In this document: one piece after another, positions 13,901 to 27,800 of the stretch
Numbering within the stretch: the first letter of the stretch is position 1
Layout of the letters: each line of letters begins with the position of its first letter
Source of the DNA: Ptychomitrium polyphyllum
Lineage: Eukaryota
NCBI GenBank assembly: GCA_973851085.1
Contig: OZ316776.1
Span: 13,020,001-13,084,000 of the forward strand
Direction: 5' to 3'
Length of the DNA stretch: 64,000 bases
Position numbers and translations under genes: made by a program
The notes under the pieces: generated by a model
Seen by the model: the letters and a program-made list of their open reading frames with translations, nothing else
Told to the model about the DNA's origin: nothing
Databases searched by the model: none

Positions 13901-14920
13901 TGCACTTCTTCGTAGTACAAAGTGAACTGTATTCCACGCATGCAAATCCTATCCAGGCCTAACAGCTTAGTAACCATAACATACAATGAAGAGTATGAGG
14001 AAAAATTTCTTATAACGTTTCCAAGTAAGCTCAGGCTCAAATAGGAGATGGCGAAGACTAATTCCTCACCAACTCATCTTGGATGCCAAGGATCGAGTAT
14101 GCCTGTAGTAAGCGGCTGCATGGGGAAGCTAAGTATATAGGAGGTATCAACAGAAAGGGAATATCACAAGCGCATCTGAAGCAGCCTTGCTAATCCCTCT
14201 TCTAGTGCTTCGTCACTGTTCCAACCAAGTGTAAGCATAAAATGTTTCATCTCCAGTCTGCTTTTAAGTGTCCTGGCTTCTGCTGCAATATTCAATTCAG
14301 GTATGGATATCAGTATTAGAGGTCCCTAAATTGGTGAGACCATGAATTGTCTAACAGCACCTCCAGTGATTTGTGCTTCTAGTAAAGGGCATTGATCCAC
14401 ATGATTAATCAAAATGGTGTTGTAATATAGGAGATAACCTTGCCTTAGATTGTTAATGATGCAATAAACTTCAACGAGAACCCATATGAGCATTCATGTC
14501 AGTCCCGGTTTCTATTTGAATCTTTCCCTTAGCTTGCTGAGGAAACTCAGCTGAGTTAGCCTCTATCAATCGCCGTCATACTCCTAGTCAGTCCACAGTA
14601 TTAACTGGTCTACAGTTTGCATTCAGACAGACTGGTAGCGTACTTAGGCTCCCCTAAGTGAACAATTGATAGAGTAATCTTGGTAATCAAGGAAGCTTGA
14701 CAAAAATTCTGTCTGAAAGGATAAGATGAGAAGAGGTTTAGTAGTCTAAAAATAGAGTTTTTGAAACGATTACAGCTACATCAAATCATGCTCAGAGTTT
14801 GCGACTTCGCACATCAATCTCAGTGTGTAAACCGCTTTAGATGGACAGCAAAATTCAATGTGCTATCAATTCACGGTTGTCGCAAGTCCGACTGAACTGA
14901 CCTGTTGAATTTGGTTGAAG

Positions 14921-17002
14921 TGATGGTTTAGTGGATGCGCAGAAAACAACTTTGTTGTTTGCATTCGGCGACTCGTACGCCGACTTCGGAAACAGAGCCA
15001 AGAGAGGGCCCTACGTCGGCAAGGGATGGATGTAGCCTTACGGTATTAAGTGGCCACAATCCCGTCCTGCAGGCCGCTACTCCGATGGCAAGACGCAGAC
15101 GGATTGGTTCGGTAAGCCAATCTTCCAGCAAATCTCTTCGCTACTCGTCTACCTGCAGATTCTCACTATGTCAAATCTTTGCTATATTGTTGCACAACTT
15201 GACATGCATTCGACCGATTCATCCAAGACATGAAACATTCCAAGTTCCTCAAAAGCCTGAAACATGGCCAACAATCTAGGCTAGATTCTGTCAACCTCGC
15301 AATGCTTTAGAGAAATGAAAACTTCAGATACACCTCGCGACAACGGAGAACGAGTCCCAGCCAGGGCCTACTTGAGTATGAAACCTTTCTTCGAGAGGGT
15401 TTATGGTTTTACGCGTCTGTCGATTGCGTATTTTTGTGCAAGGTTGACGTATTTTTGGGAACTCTGTTTCTGGATTTTGCAGCGGATCTGCTGGAGCTCC
15501 CCATCTATCCGACTCCGTATCTGTATTCCGCCGGTCAGGACACTTCCTCGGGGGTGAACTTCGCAGTGGGGAGGTCAGGGGTTGCCTGCGACAACGGCCA
15601 AGTCAGTTTGGGCGCGCAGGTGGAAAATTTCGAGCTCTTTCTTCGCACCGATCCTTACTCCAAAGCCGTGCTCGCAAACTCCCTGACACTCGTGTCCGTG
15701 GTTGGAAATAACTACCTGTCTTTCATAGGAAACACCTCTTCGGTGAGTCTCACACCTCATCGATTGTCTTTGGCGTACTACACCAACCCTAATTTTCTAT
15801 TGCAATTTGGTTCCATCTGGCGATTGACACCCTTTCTTCCCCACAACAGGAGCTCGTCATCTTCATTGAGAGCGTGGTTTTAGGAATCCAAGCCAACTTG
15901 CAACGCCTCGACGACTTTGGACTCCGCAATGTCTTGGTTGCGAACATGTTCGAAATCGACTGCGTGCCGCTCTTCACTGCGATGAATGGCTACACCAAGT
16001 GCACGAGTGACTACATTCCTTTCGTCCAGGTCCACAACGCCCACCTGTCGGTGCCGTGCAGAGCATCAACACCAACAACCCGGGCGCGCGCATCGTGATC
16101 TTGGACCAATACTCTGTATTTAATCAGTTTATTGGGGATGCAGGTAAGACCGGCTTCAAATGAGGATTGCAGCCGTGCTGCACAGGGACCTCCAACACGA
16201 CGTCTTGCGGCGACGTCGACGCATCTAAGAGATGGCTGTTCGCAGTGTGCAAGCATCGAGGAAACACCATCTTCTGGGACGAGATGCACGCACCATGTGG
16301 GCATGGCACTATATCGTCGAGCTCTACGCCAACAAGCCACGCTTCGTTTTACTTGCCGATGCTCCCACTTTGAAGCAGTGGTTGCAGATCAACGACGCCG
16401 TCCAGGAGCCGGTTGCCGCCCCCATATCCCCACCACTTAATGCTTCCCTCTCCCCTCAGAGAAAAACTAGCGACGTCGCTTACGACTCCTTCTCAAACTT
16501 CACAATTCACAAGCTTTCCGTACCTGACACGACGGTTCCGCGGATTTGGGCTCGGCTGCCGGTCAGACCCAAGCAGCGTTCAACTACTTGTTAGACAAGC
16601 CACAATACTCCGAAGCGCTCGGCCTTCTGCAGTCGTTCAACTTGGACACGCTTCTGTCACAATACTCCAGCCAGATCGTAACTGTGTTCCTGCCAAGCAA
16701 CGACGCATTCACAGCAACTGATAAAGCATTCATTGACAGAGTATTCGCACAGAAACAAGGTGAACGACGTCGCGAGTTACCACGTCGCGAAAGGCTACTT
16801 CGACTAGAATGCGATTGTGACACGAAAGCCTTCCTTCGTGACTTAGAACAACGGCACTTGCTGGCCTGACATCGATCTGCCTGAAGGAGTCCTCGTGGGA
16901 CTCAACCTGCAGGCGAAGGTGATCGACGCCAACTTGTACACAGCGCCAGGGCAAATGGTGATTCATGGGATCGACCATGTGCTCCTGCCTTCCGGCGTCT
17001 GA
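14921..17002 (+). pseudogene. GDSL/SGNH esterase-lipase fused to a C-terminal fasciclin (FAS1) domain, disrupted
   Basis: GDSL blocks LFAFGDSYADFGN, PAGRYSDG, GVNFAVGRSG, VVGNNY, PCCTG and IFWDEMH, with GT-AG introns at 15112-15482 and about 15743-15849. Then a Pro-rich linker (EPVAAPISPP) and FAS1 motifs VTVFLPSNDAF, SYHV and VIHGIDHVLLP (TGA 17000-17002). In-frame stops at 15033, 16161, 16805 and 16844, plus several frameshifts. Confidence 0.85.
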
Positions 17003-20000
17003 GACAAACAACATATCTGCAGCTGAATTCTGAGTGTGAGCAAAGAACCTACGGTTGGACTTTCTATGCGGTCCAACTGTAGAAATCGAGATCTGTGTTG
17101 CAGGAAGGTTCAATGACCTTCCAAATTTGGCAAAGCTTTGCTGGCCGACAAGGTCGCAGCCGAGGATTAGAGAATTCCACCTCCTGATAGATTGGTGTCA
17201 TTGCATGGCTTTGGCAGTTGTGCCTTTGTGCGTCGCATGTACACTGCTGTTTTGGTATGGTCCATCAAATAAGTTTTAAAGATGGTAGCTTGATAATAGT
17301 CACCAATCTTAAAAACAAAGCAAAATTTTTAAATTTCATTGTATACTATATTCTTTACATCCTATTATTTAGTTTAAAAAAAAATTTAATGTAAATCCTT
17401 TTACAACACATAGATAAAGGTTGTGCAAATTGGAAAAATTTCACTAACATATTAATTAATAGGTATTAAAATGGGAGAAAAAACTTGGCAAGGAAAAAAA
17501 ACATAATAGCACTCTTTATAAGAATCTTGTAACATCAAACCCCATGAAAATTTAACCTCACCCAAATCATGCAGATTAATAATTCAATAACATGAATAAG
17601 ATATATCAAGTTCTTCCAAAATTTAATGGACTAGAAACCTCACAATCTAAAAGTGGTGTGACTTGTTTCAATTGATTCATTAATGATAAAATTTGGGCAA
17701 ATTAAGATGTAGAGATTTTAAATACTACTACATTACCAATTTTGCCTTTTGGTGGTGGCAATTTAAATAAAAGTTTACAATTCCAATATTTATAGTCAAC
17801 AAATTAGTCAATATGCATACCAAGCAATTTAATACTTTAAGGAAGTTTATGAAATCTACCAAGGTGTTCTTTAATAATTCACAATTCAATTTTCATGTTG
17901 AATTGGATATATACTTATCTTTCAATTAAACTAATACAAAAGTGCTTATGTCATATTATATCAGCTATTATATTGATGTTCTTGTATGTTAAAGTTCAAG
18001 GTTTTTGATTTCTGTACAAAATACAAAAAAAACCTTATAATTTCATCTCCCTTTGTCCGTCCGTCCACCCACACATATGTACTTATAAAATTTACTTTTA
18101 CCTTCTACTATTTTACTTTTTTGGTTGTTCAAAAACCTATGTTAAATATCATCACATCATATATGTCAAATATGTAAGGATTGCCTTACTAGTTAGGGAC
18201 TGTCATGCGATGGCTCTTGCTCTTGCTCTTCTTGTTCAAGTGACAATCCAGTACTTTTGTGCATGTATAGGACTGTGCCTTGGAGAATACATGCACCAAT
18301 GGTTGCTCCATCAAGTGCCAATGACGACGAAACACAAGGGATCGTCCCTGCGGTTATCAAAGCACCGAGAAGAAATATGCATGTTCTCTCACAAACACCG
18401 CAGCCCTTCTTATTGGAGTTGAGTAACTCACAAGAAGCTTTTTAATGGGTTGCGCCTCCGGCACAAATGGGGAACAGACGGACACTTCTTTATCATCAAC
18501 TCCACAAACTAATGCAATACAAGCAGGGTTCATACTGCCTCAACCATACCGACGAAAGGAGGAGAATCTCATCTTCCCACAGACATCGCATAAGTCCAAT
18601 GGTAGCGACAGTTGGCCACCCACTCTTGGAGCAATTTCATAGAAAATGGCTAGTTGACGGGCTAGGACAGTCATCTGATATATTCTGAAGCCCTATCTCT
18701 AGTTTCCTCAATTATAGCTATCAGTTAAACATGTCAACTGATTAGGGAAAGGAGAATTTTAAGTCTAATGAGGCTAGAAGTTAGATATGGAGCTAATCGG
18801 AAGCGGCTTCTCTTACGCATTATGTTAGAAGACGTTGGAGGCAGAACTGCAATAACCGTACTCTGATCTCAGTGTACTTTCTGGAAAAACGAATGGTTCA
18901 CCAGTTCCACCGAATGCTCCTATCTCTTTATGAGATCGTATGAGTGTGTAGTTATGCTTCAGAGGTAATCTTGAAGCATGATGAAATTCGTATGTGAGGA
19001 TTGGTCCACTGTCACTTGAACCTACTGTTAAAGATACCACCATGTTTTTCTAACACGAGCTTGTCTTCAAATAAGATGAATCATGAAGGACTTGCCCATT
19101 CATGGGGTGTGCGCTAGGCAGCAGATAACCTACACCATATATCTGCCATAAACCAAGTCTTATCAGCTTGATCTTCGGAAAAACAGAAACCAAAATGTAG
19201 ACACCGGTAAACAAGGAATTCGTGTTCAATCTAGGAGCGTGATGAAAGACTCAGTTGACTAGGCATATGACTGAGTAGGTGAAAGCTCTTAGCAGTGCAC
19301 ATTGAATATCAACCACAGAAGCAGCACGAGCGCAAATGACATGATGTGCATGATGTCCGTTTCTGATATGCGAACTTTAGTTTGTTCACTGCTGAGACTT
19401 CCAACACGTTGACAGTAGACGAGAAAAGAAACAAGAATTAACAGAGCGTATCCATACCGCCTTGGTGAACCGCAGGGATTCTACGGAATTGTCCGACCTG
19501 CATACCACCATATTGATGGTTGAAGAAGCTAGCCTGGCCAAACAAAAGCACAAGACGTGGTCACAAGGAATCATAGAAATCATGATACGGTACACCTTAC
19601 AACTTCGATGCTTCGCAAAGAAATGAACTCTCAAGGAGCACAACCCATGGTAGCAACACGTCCACAATCGACAGCTAGGATTTTACAAAAGCTAGGTGTT
19701 CTTTAAATTCTTTCTTAAACGTTCCCTCGTCTCTAATTTGTGTAACTTTCAAATCTGAAAACTGGAAAATTCACTCCACGAGCCAAATTTGCAAAGAAAC
19801 TTCTGTCCTCCAATAAAAGCTCCTGCAGCAAACGTCTCTTACTAAAATTCAACGTCACAAAAAACCCATGATAATGTTAAAGTTCAGAACCTCGCAGGGG
19901 CCTGTCTCTGAGTGCCAGGGTGATGAGCCTGAGAAAGGATAGAACGCAACGCAGCTCCACAGTGGAGAAACCTTACTCAAGAAGCACCAGGAATTTAAGC

Positions 20001-20009
20001 GGATCGTAC

Positions 20010-21044
20010 CTAAAAGCGCAACACTGTTGTCTAGATCTGCCTCTTGCCGGTTCACGTTGTACAAGTTAATTTGCTGCTTTGAGGTCGTTGTGTAGGATTG
20101 GTGGACGTCCTCTATGCAAATTGTCCATCTGCATTGCAAGTATCATGCATGAGATCCAAGACTATGTTTGGAGGGACGGGATGGCCTTGGTTGTGGGAAA
20201 AGTGCATCATCTGCTGATCAACCAACTTTTTCAAATCTCCCCAAAATCTCGTCATCGCAAAGGCAAGTCTATCCGTGAACCTCTCCCATACCAACAACAT
20301 CGCACTGGAAATTCCACCTGGCAAGAATAATCTCTTGTGGTCATTCATATTATGATACTAATGGTAGTGCAGAAGAGCAGAAGAGCAGAAGAGCAAGAGC
20401 TGCTTTCTAAGATCTCGGAGGACACCCCCGCCTTTCAATACCTTCAGCACCGTAGGGATATCACCACCAACGGTAGCGGCGGAGATGTCCGCCTAATTTC
20501 CCTCTGTCCGTTTCTCAAGCCTTACCACACGATCACCCTAATGATCCAGAATCAAACCCTAATGTTTTTTCACGTATAATTCGCGCTCAGGAATATGCTT
20601 TGCAACGAGCTGATCTCCCTCAAGCACATACTACGTGCGCTGCAGCATCTCAGAATACTCGAGGTTCGCCTCTCCTAATTGCTCTGTCTGAGACAATGCG
20701 GGAGTTACTTCGCTCCAGTGCACTCCCCACGCCTCAATCTCCGCCTCTATTCTCTACGTCTCGTTCTCAGACTGCAGCTCACCGCCATCAAGCATGCATT
20801 GATTGAGTCCAGAGTAGTACCAACTCCGCTTTGAAGAGGATTCGGCCCCGGAGCAACAAGGACCGGAAAAAGGGAATGAATTTGGCCCGATTCGTAAGGT
20901 GATCGTCCTCTGGCAGCTCACATTTTTGCTTCTCACGATGCGTACTCCCGAAGATGCGCCCTCGGCAATCGACGCTCTGATGTTCCTCCTCTGGTCATCG
21001 TCTTCCGCATCAATCCAAAATTTCTCACTGCTCGAGCTCGCCAT
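20010..21044 (-). pseudogene. Protein kinase pseudogene (TKL/Raf-like style), single long reading frame with stops
   Basis: One frame from ATG 21044 gives EKRTEGN*ADISAA (subdomain I-like), VLKVLKGGGVLRDLRKQ (II) and LAFAMTRFWGDLKKLVD (V). After a +1 shift near 20142: HDIAMQMDNLHRGRPPILHNDLKAAN*LV (VIa/VIb, degenerate HRDLKxxN). The 3' extent is uncertain. Confidence 0.78.
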
Positions 21045-22314
21045 GGCGGATTCATTCTCCTGAATTGTACCGTCAGTCGGCAAAGTCGTCTGCCTTTGCA
21101 GTCAATGAACTTGAGAAACCTTCTGGTAGCTGAATGCCCAGGGTATTAGAGAAGAAACACTCCTCCGCGTTGCTGCCCTGACAGTACAGTACATCCGCAT
21201 GTTTGTCCACGTTGGGATGCTGTTACACTAAACAATGATTTCATTTCTTCCATTTTATAAACTCCACCAAGCAAGCAGTATCTCACAGTTCTACGTCGGT
21301 TGATTGCTTGCCATCGAATCACACTCAGATTTACGATGATTCCAGTCTCGACTTCAACGAGCTCCCGGGCGCCGACGAGACGAAGAAACGTAGAAGATGA
21401 CGCCAGTCTGGTTTCGAAAGTGGGATTGTGACGGAACCTACAAACCTGTAGATACCCAAGTATTCGCTTAATGTAGATGCTCGCCCCTCGGCAAGTCGTA
21501 GATGCTCGTATCTTAAAGGGACAAAGTGGAGATCTACAAATACCCGAGTGTTGCGCATCCTAACATGTTCCAATTCTGTTGTATGTCAGTGACTTTGCGC
21601 CGCAGGCTGGCACTTCTGAGAAGCCTCAAGAATGATGCAAATGGGCAAACTTCACACAGGTCTAGAGCAATTCCTTGGCCAAGGACATCAATGCCTGCCT
21701 CTGAATTTGGAATCAAGCATTGCTTCCATGATCATGACGTGAAGCTACTCTTGATGAGCGGCATTTCTCTGCTTCGTATGTTGCGGTCGGTTTCAAAAGA
21801 TTGGTAGTGCGTTTTATTAGGACGGCGCCAAGAATTTGGTTTTGGATTCGAAAGCAAGCGGTGGAAGGGAGCGGGAGGTGTTAGGGGACTGAATTTGCTT
21901 TGGGGCCCCCAGGTTTGGAGCTTTTCTAGTAGTTTGTTGATGAGGTTGTGGTGTTGTGTGTGTGGATATCGGTGGAGCGGGTTGAGGGATTTATTGAATT
22001 CATTCTCTGGTGTGCATCGGATGCACCAAACCTAATCGTTCTGGGTCTAACCAATGGTTTTTTGCTTATTTCTTTTTGTCCTTCTGCTCTGTGGGGTTTT
22101 GGCGGTGAAATTGGCATCTTTCTGTGACTGATTGGTTCAGTTTTGGCTCAGAGGATTTGGGTTATGAATGATTGAGGATAAATTCCGTGGTTTTTGTTCT
22201 GTTATCGTAACTGTAATTGAATGCGAAGGATAGCGATCTGGTGGAGTTGGGCGTAAGGCAAGCACGTCATCTTTAGGTTGATCTGTGTCCTCTATGGATC
22301 TGAGGGTAACAGGG

Positions 22315-25300
22315 ATGGCCTCGTTGTTACGGCGGGCATGGTCAAGTGTGCGGCAAACTTCGAAGCAAACAGTTGGGAAGTCACAAAGTGAAGACATGGC
22401 GCAGGAGGAAGATGGACCGGATGTGATGAAGCTGCCTAGGGAGATGCTGTTCTCCATTTTTGCTCGGTTGAATTCGGTGGACCTCGCTCATGTCAGTGCG
22501 GTTTGCAAGTCATGGTATGCCATTGCGGACGACGATGCTTTATGGCAGTCTAGGCTGGTCGCTGACAATGGCCCTCTGTGGCCATCCGTGCAGTTTGCTG
22601 AGAATTTTCTGCGAGCTGGGTTTTGCCAGAGGTAACGTCTCCTCCATAATTCCAATGGATTTCTTCGCCCTCACTGTGGATGCGCTTCTTAATTGTTTGT
22701 ACTAGGTCATGGCCACCTGTGCCTTTTCCTAAGTCATCCCAAACGCCTGCCACCCTCGTCGACATAGTAGAGTTGATAGTCGTGATGTATTCTGTCTTCA
22801 TTGAGCAATAACCAGTCAGAAACTGTGCAACAATCGTATCTTTTTGAAATTTTTTATCAAATTGTGGACATGGTTTTGTTTTCTTCTCCCTTTGATCGCA
22901 TAACTTTCCTGGAAGGTTTGGAGCATTCTGAACTTCCACGATGGTGTTTAAACATTCCGATTTTATCTTTACGCCGTTCTGTGGAACATTTAAATACAAG
23001 GACAGGAAGACAAGATGAGGACGAGGGATAGAATTTGAAATGCAGGACTGCGTACTAAGGCTAACGTGGTTCTTCAGGTCAGCTTCACTTGTTCCTACAG
23101 GACATAGAAGTCGATTACCAGGAACAATGCTCCTCAGCCCTACGCTTAATGCTCCGCCTCCATTCCGATCAATCTACAGTCAACGTTCTATGGTTCCTCG
23201 CGCTATCATATTTGATGGTTAGATACTTGCCTACTTGATGTATCCCCTCTTTCCGTAGCCTGTGGAAAGATATCCTTGAAGTTCAGATTATAGTTACTTC
23301 AACATGTATTCTCAAGAGTGTTTTGGAGCATAGTCTTTATGCTGCTTTTGAGATTCAACCTGGTAATGAAATGGTTTAAAAGTTAATTATCACTCGTATG
23401 TCTTACCTCTAATATGTGGTATGGGATGCGAAGGTGGCTCTGGATATGCCAAGTACGGATGGAGCGATGAAATAGCACCCCAAGACACGTTGGCAACCTT
23501 CTTGGTACGTCGAATCGGTCTTAAAATGATTATTGCTATACAGTAGATGCTTTTTTGGCGAAAGGTTGAAATGCTAATACGCATGCTTGGGGTGTTATAC
23601 GGTTTCTCTTGTTAGCAAGTCTTTCCACAAAGAAATCTCATTCTGCTTTCGATGCTTTTACCATGTGAATGATTGTTGATCTTATATGGGCCTTTTTCTC
23701 GTCTTAGAGCTACTCAAGATTGTGTTCACTTACATTGACAATATCATTACGTTAATCTGGAAATTGGTGACGCAGGAGTTCGGAAATATAGAGTCACCTC
23801 TGTATCCGCGTTTGAAGCATCTCTTTTCCGTAATATTTGGCCGGTATGTTTTTGTTTAAATTGCTCCTTTACCAGTGACGTCGATGTTACACTAATGCTC
23901 TTATCGCAGAAAGCGTGAGTTAATTTCAAACGAAGATTAAATTGGTCAAGCTATTTATTTCTTTAAATGGCACTTGGACATTTGGATTGGATATACAGCA
24001 TGCGAGTTAAAGCTTCAGCGCAGCCTATTGTACTTTCTACACCGACTGTGCATTCAGATGGTATGTTGGTTAATTCTTTCTTCATCAAATTTCAGTCGTG
24101 CACTACGTCCTTAACAATCCAGTGATACGTTTTTATCATGTCTTTTAAAGGGAGTGTAACATACTCAGCGCAATATCTGCTGTTATTCTACTGACGTATT
24201 CAGACAGCCTGTTGTAATTGAAGTCATATCTGGGGAGTATTATGCGTGATCCTATTGGTTCCAGATTATCTAATTCAGTTGGGAGGAGTTGAGAAGTAAT
24301 GAAATTTCTCTTGGTACTTTTTACAGATTCACAAATTGAAAAACAAGCGAGGCGGCAGCTGCGGGAGACAACGTTTAGTGTTCTTTTTGAATTGGGCGTT
24401 CCTGCTATATGTGCTATTGACCAGGTAAGTTTACTGACAGATTGCTGAGGTGGAAGCGGATGTGTCCGTCGTAGGAAACGTCTAAAGGTGATAAGAGTGT
24501 AGACTGGTGAAATTAAAAGTGGAGGACGTATTGAGGTCCTAATTTATATTTCATTTACAAATTATGAATGCGTGAGGACGACAGCTTGTGCTTTATGTCC
24601 ATAAATCGATTATTGGTTTGTAGAGCATCTTAGTGTACTGAGTGAGAGTTGTTGTTGCAGGCAGTGTTGGCTCTCTTTGCTGCAAATCAAACGTCGGGGA
24701 TTGTTGTCAACATAGGCTTTCATGTCACAACTGTTGCACCAGGTAAACAGTTTGGGAAAGCTTTATTGGTATGTCATTCTTTAGGAGTCCTCCAGAATTT
24801 TTCTAAGCGCGATTAAAAGTGATATATATAACTAAAAATGTGAAGATAACAATGAGTTAATATTTTATCTAGAACTGAGGGAAAGCTGCCGGTACTAACT
24901 GCTGTTGGTCTGTATCAATGCAGTTTTGCACGGTGTTGTAATGAGGTCCTTAGGCTTGGAAATCGTGGGACAAGGCGCTATGACGTTAACTGTTCACTTG
25001 AGTGAACTCATGCATCTAAATGGCTTGCGATTTACGTCCATGTACACTGCCCGCACCCTTAAAGAGGTCAGCTTGAATCCATTGATTTTTACTCCACTAT
25101 GGCTATTCACGCGGATAACATTGGACAACACTGGACAACACTAGCATGCACTTATGAACGGTTAAATGAATTTTATGACGTAATTTGATTTACTCGTTAT
25201 AAGCTGTATTTGATTCTTGTGAGGGCAGGTATCCTTATAAACACATATCTTATAGTGTTGTAACGTGTGGCAGAAATTATGTTATGTAGCTCAAGACTTT

Positions 25301-26492
25301 GTAGAGGAGCATTACAATGAGAATTGTGAAGCATCATGCGAAGTGGGAACAGAGGGTACATTTACGCTCCGATCTGAGCGCTTTCGGGCACCTGAAATCT
25401 TGTTTCAGCCACGCCTTGGGAACCTGTATGTACAAGCTCTCTTTGTGCTACTGTCAACTTCAACTTGCTTGTGTAAATGTTTGTTGAGTGCAGTAGTTTG
25501 TGTTCTGGTCTTTCAGAAATTTGCAGGTTTTATGTTGTTAATATTTTTGCATAGATGGTATATCCTTGTACTTCCAGTTTAGAGTATATTATAATTAGGA
25601 CAACATTTGGTTAGAACAAATATGTCCAAAATTTCTGACGATGTTTCTGACGATGTGTATAATAAGTGTAACGAGCTACGTTTCTTTGATTTCATATTTA
25701 TTGGAGAAATCTTAAAATTGACCCTTTCGGTTGTGGAAGGGTAGGCGAACAATGGCGTTGCATCAGGCTGTGGCACTTTGCATCGATCACTGTTCGAATC
25801 TTGCACCAGAAGGTTCTGCTGATGTGAATTGGTATAAAAATATTGTCTTAACAGGAGGTTCAGCATGTCTGCCTGGCTTATCAGGTAACTCATAGTTGGA
25901 CCATAGGCTACGTGTCCGTAGCGAACACCTAATGTCAAGAAATTATGTTGTTAACCTGGAAAGTTCTTATGGTTCGTTATGAGAATTGTATCTTTACTGA
26001 AGAATTGAGCTGTCTTAGACATGATTTGTGAATGTGATTAGTATCATTTGTGAATGTGTATTGTGATCCGGTGCTTCAATTTTAGTGACTCCTTTGCTAG
26101 TATCTCCTGAATATTGTTGTATGCTGTTGCAGGGAGGCTAGAGAAAGAGTTAAGAAGAATGCTGCCGACTGACATGTCAGACGGCATCAAGGTCACCCCC
26201 CCGAAACAAGGACCCTATTCTGCTTGGTTTGGTGCCAAGATTCTTAGCAACGTAAGGGCTCTTTCTGTCTCTTGCCCTGAGCGTTATCGTTGCACTCTTC
26301 CAGGACTTTAAATCTATGGTATTTTAGGTCTACAAACAGTTGTGCATTAACACTTGATAGTTAATTGGTCATTTGCAGGTAAGCACATTCCAGAGTGCAT
26401 GGTGTGTGACTCGAAAGCAGTTCAAGCGTCTTGGACCCAGTTGTGTCCATGACCATGACATCTATGACGACGACATGCTTGAGACCCAATAG
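22315..26492 (+). CDS. ARP8: Plant actin-related protein 8 (N-terminal F-box plus actin fold)
   Basis: 12 exons approx 22315-22631, 23078-23217, 23434-23504, 23776-23843, 23999-24060, 24327-24424, 24661-24742, 24924-25066, 25274-25425, 25745-25884, 26133-26251, 26379-26492. F-box LPREMLFSIFARL..VCKSW..DDALW. Actin motifs IIFDGGSGYAKYGW, GIVVNIGFHVT, ERFRAPEILFQP, VLTGGSACLPGL and SAWFGAKILSNVSTF. Confidence 0.95.
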
Positions 26493-27800
26493 GTGAGGGG
26501 AGAGGCGTGAAAGTTGGAACATCCTGGACCTCCTGCTCCACCATCGAGATAAAACGCAACATTGAAGAATATTCCATGTACAGAAGGTAATGGAGTGAAG
26601 GACGAAGTTAGAGTCAATGCGGCTCAAATTGTTTCACTTTACTTGGCGAGCTCTGGCCTTTAACACATCTGTTATCTTACAATTTGAAAGTACACTGCTT
26701 AGCTATGGTAGCGGACCCAAAGGTCAGATGTGAAAAGTATAAATATTTCACAATGAATAAATTCATATCTAGATTGTTAATGTGGAAGTACTTTCATCTG
26801 ATATAAGTACCAAGTTAAGTCAGATTATTATCTTTGTTTATCGCAGTTTATATGAAATTATTGAGCTCTCATTGTTCGCGCCAAAAGTGAGGCACCATAT
26901 ATAGTGTACGCCTTCCTACGTTTTTTCCAGCTCATGAGAGGACTTATAAATGCAGTTATACGTCTTCTCCAGAACGTTGCAAGTCAATTTAAGCATAACT
27001 GGTTTTTCCTCTTATTAATATTATTTGACAGTCATACCTTTATTTGTATTCACAAAAGCCGAATTACAGTCTATTGCATACCAGGCCAATAATTTAGCCG
27101 ATGGTATTTAACCAAATTCAAATTTCTTACTAATTTTAATCACAGAAAATATCGCCAATTTCAAAGTGAATTTCGTTGTAATGAGTTTAAGATGTGATAT
27201 TCTAAATCTGGTGACTCTTTGAAACTTTTCAACCACAAGGCACGAACACTGTGTCTTCTAAAATTGTATGCATAGAATATCTCATCAAATACTATCCAAT
27301 TCCAAAGATTCTGAAGGTAGAGTATTCATCAAACACTTCCTGGTTACTGATCCTAAAGGGGTAATGAATTATTCCAATAAGCGTTTTGAGGGCTTGCCAA
27401 ATTGTATCTTAAAGGATTTTTTAATGTCCACAATAACTTATGTCATTTTGAACTCCAGACAGGCCTTTCTACATATACAACTCGAGTTTCTACAAAAAGC
27501 CCTAACAGCGATATATCCATTACGTAGCGCCTCTTCAATCCCATTATTGAGTTATTCGTGAGAAAGTGCATCTTATCGTATACCCAGAATGTTCGGGTTT
27601 TGAGCATCACCAATGCCTGATAGGTGCAAGATGTGTCGATGGGTATAAAAAGCATTTTCTATCAATCCTTGTGGGGTCCTCTGCACATTGCTGGACATTC
27701 ATAAAAACCATGGGTGAACTAGAACAAAGGAACAGAGTTACTTCAATTGTCACAGACATGGAGTCCTAGCCACTTTACGAAAATCACAAATTGTGGTTTC

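Noticed and set aside
13080..14400. Exon-like segments on the minus strand (e.g. EARTLKSRLEMKHFMLTLGW)
   Set aside because: No recognisable family and no consistent spliced frame; may be a decayed gene but cannot be supported.
18200..18690. Overlapping short ORFs in a moderately GC island
   Set aside because: No recognisable motif in the frames examined.
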